A DNA stretch of 63,336 nt, counting the filler, from Circinaria calcarea (Eukaryota): NCBI GenBank assembly GCA_051942165.1. It is 33 parts of 33 records of this genome, joined end to end, with 100 filler letters (N's around TTAATTAATTAA, not from the genome) between each part and the next. Parts side by side here need not be neighbours in the genome. Positions count along the whole stretch, not along the records: positions 61,529 to 63,336 come from JAVECS010004202.1; 32 more parts are not named here. One strand, given 5' to 3'. The notes below the pieces were generated by a model. That model worked only from the letters and a program-made list of their open reading frames with translations, was not told the DNA's origin and ran no database searches. The position numbers were made by a program, and so were the translations under genes. Positions within the stretch are counted from its first letter, which is position 1, and every line of letters begins with the position of its first letter. Shown in pieces: positions 61,608 through 63,336 of this stretch.

Positions 61608-63336
61608 TCAATCCCTCAATCCAGCCTTAGCATGCTCCCTCCGATGATTTCTCTTCTTCTTCTTCGGCGGACACGCATCCTCTTTTTTACTCGTAGTCTG
61701 CGCCGGGGCCCCAGATGGTGGAGTAGAAGTTTGTGGCGGAGGAAGGGGAGGAGAGGTTGTCATAGATCCATCAGCGGGACTAGATGTTGAAGGAGAAGGA
61801 GGAGGAGTAGATCCCGAGGCTGTATCGTTGGGCCCAGGGTTTGCCGAAGACGGAGGAGGAGAAGAAGGGTTCGATGCTGTATCCTGGGGTGCATCTGGAG
61901 CATTCGGGGTTGAGGTAGAATTTCCCGACGCTGAGTTTGGGGCTGGGATTGGCTCGGAGTAGTTTGAACTGGGCGTGCCTGCTGGAGAACTACCTTCTAC
62001 TGGAGTCGTACCAGGATTTGGAACTGGTATGGAGTTGCTTGAATTGGGCGTGCCTGCTGGAGGACTACCTGATACTGGTGTTGTACCAGGTGCTATCGCA
62101 GCTACTGTACTTGAGGCTGGAGGATAGTTAATCGGCATGGTGTTAGACGATCCGCCTCGTTCAATAGCATAGCATGCACAGGAGCAGGAGCAGGAATAGG
62201 TATTAGATCCCGACACTGCTGTAGTTGAATTAGTCGAGGTTGAGATAGGAATAGTTTTAATTTAGAAATGCTTACAGCTAGTTATGTTGTGCGCCATGGT
62301 GGTTGTTAGTGAGCCGGCTGGCGGTACTGCATCACCATTCACATTGGCAACGTTTGCGGGAGGCGGTGAGATTAGCATGTTCGCTGAGGAATAGGTTGGG
62401 GTTGCTGTTCACTTATTGTCAGAGTTTTTCCCTACATCAAGTGGCCGTATCTAGTTTATATAGGTCATAGCATTACTTACTTGTTTTGCCACCTGACTTC
62501 GATTTCGGCCGCTGTTTACGGGGACTTGGGTCGCCGCCTTTGGGTGGTGTAGCTCCTTTGGGCGGTGTAGCTCCTTTGGGTGGGGTAGCTCCTTTAGGTG
62601 GGGTAACTCCTTTAGGTGGTGTAGCTCCTTTGGGCGGTGTAGCTCCTTTGGGTGGGGTAGCTCCTTTAGGTGGGGTAACTCCTTTGGGCGGTGTAGCTCC
62701 TTTGATGGGATTGTTTCCGGAGGGTGTTGAAGTAGAATTCATCGGAGTGGATGACCCCACACCAGACGGCACTGGAGCTGCTAAAAATCAACCTCGGTAT
62801 CAACGCTCATCTGGAAAGAACTGAAGCTTACAACTGGACGCGGGTGCCACTGGGACAGATCCACCATTCGATCCGCTACCAGCCTTTGGGATGCCCCAAC
62901 CCTTCCCCCCGGCAATCGGACTCCATGCCGGTTCGGAGCCTGGAACCCAATCAGATATCTCCGGTGACGTTGTACTATCCCTCTTGGGATTATATGCTCC
63001 GTTTGGATACGTAGGCCATCCTTTACTCGGGTAATTTTTCTGGTTGTTATCGTACTGCTTCTGAGCAGCGCTCTGGGACCACTTCAGATTGCAAGGAAGG
63101 GTGGGGGTAGTGAACCAGTTGTTTCCTTGATACGCCGGTTGAGGAAGAGCCTAGATAAGAGTATGAGCTAAGCTAGATCTAAAAAGGGGAAAACTCCAAT
63201 CTAGACATCCGAGGCGGAGACTTACATCGGCCCAGCATTTCGTAAAGAACCACCAAACTTTCTCCGGATATTCGTCACCCACAATGTCGTTGTTGAGCTT
63301 CTCCATAATCTTGGCCTTACTACGGTCAATCTTGAT
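61608..63336 (-). CDS. Multi-exon protein with Pro/Ser/Thr-rich repeats, 5'-truncated
   Basis: Open segments separated by GTAAG..AG introns. A W/Y/C-rich globular part precedes the KGATPP repeats and a P/S/T tail. Confidence 0.55.
62537..62703 (-). repeat. Coding 18-bp tandem repeat (KG[A/V]TPP x9)
   Basis: CCTTT(G/A)GG(T/C)GG(T/G)GTA(G/A)CT units; the GVT variant recurs every 72 bp. Confidence 0.95.

Noticed and set aside
1..63336. tRNA, rRNA or snoRNA genes
   Set aside because: None recognised by eye; tRNAscan-SE and Infernal would be needed to exclude them.

Overview
This is not contiguous genomic DNA. It is a pseudo-scaffold of 33 unrelated short contigs, ordered by decreasing length (1838 to 1808 bp) and joined by 32 identical 100-bp linkers (44 N + TTAATTAATTAA + 44 N, stops in all six frames). 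Adjacency across linkers carries no biological meaning, and most genes are truncated at contig edges. Content is mostly nuclear DNA of a filamentous ascomycete (Pezizomycotina), with short GT-AG introns and CTRAC branch sites. Recognisable housekeeping genes include iPGM, ARP2, CUL1, GCV2, CWC22, DNA2, PrpD, proline dehydrogenase, GDT1, GMPPA-like, SCP-x thiolase, ethanolamine kinase, a PCL cyclin and an Atf-type bZIP. Also present are cell-surface/secreted proteins (WSC+LysM mucin, CBM18 protein, three PTH11-like membrane proteins), a P450, an SDR, an NmrA-like gene and decayed transposons with RIP signatures. The most unusual contig (38582-40398) is mitochondrial: a decayed linear-plasmid-type single-subunit RNA polymerase (TGA=Trp) joined directly to an internal piece of nad5. 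Also notable are a 206-271 bp degenerate satellite beside a CpA-free flank and a 101-bp MITE-like hairpin. I find no evidence for a new multi-gene system. Family assignments come from recalled motifs, not database searches.
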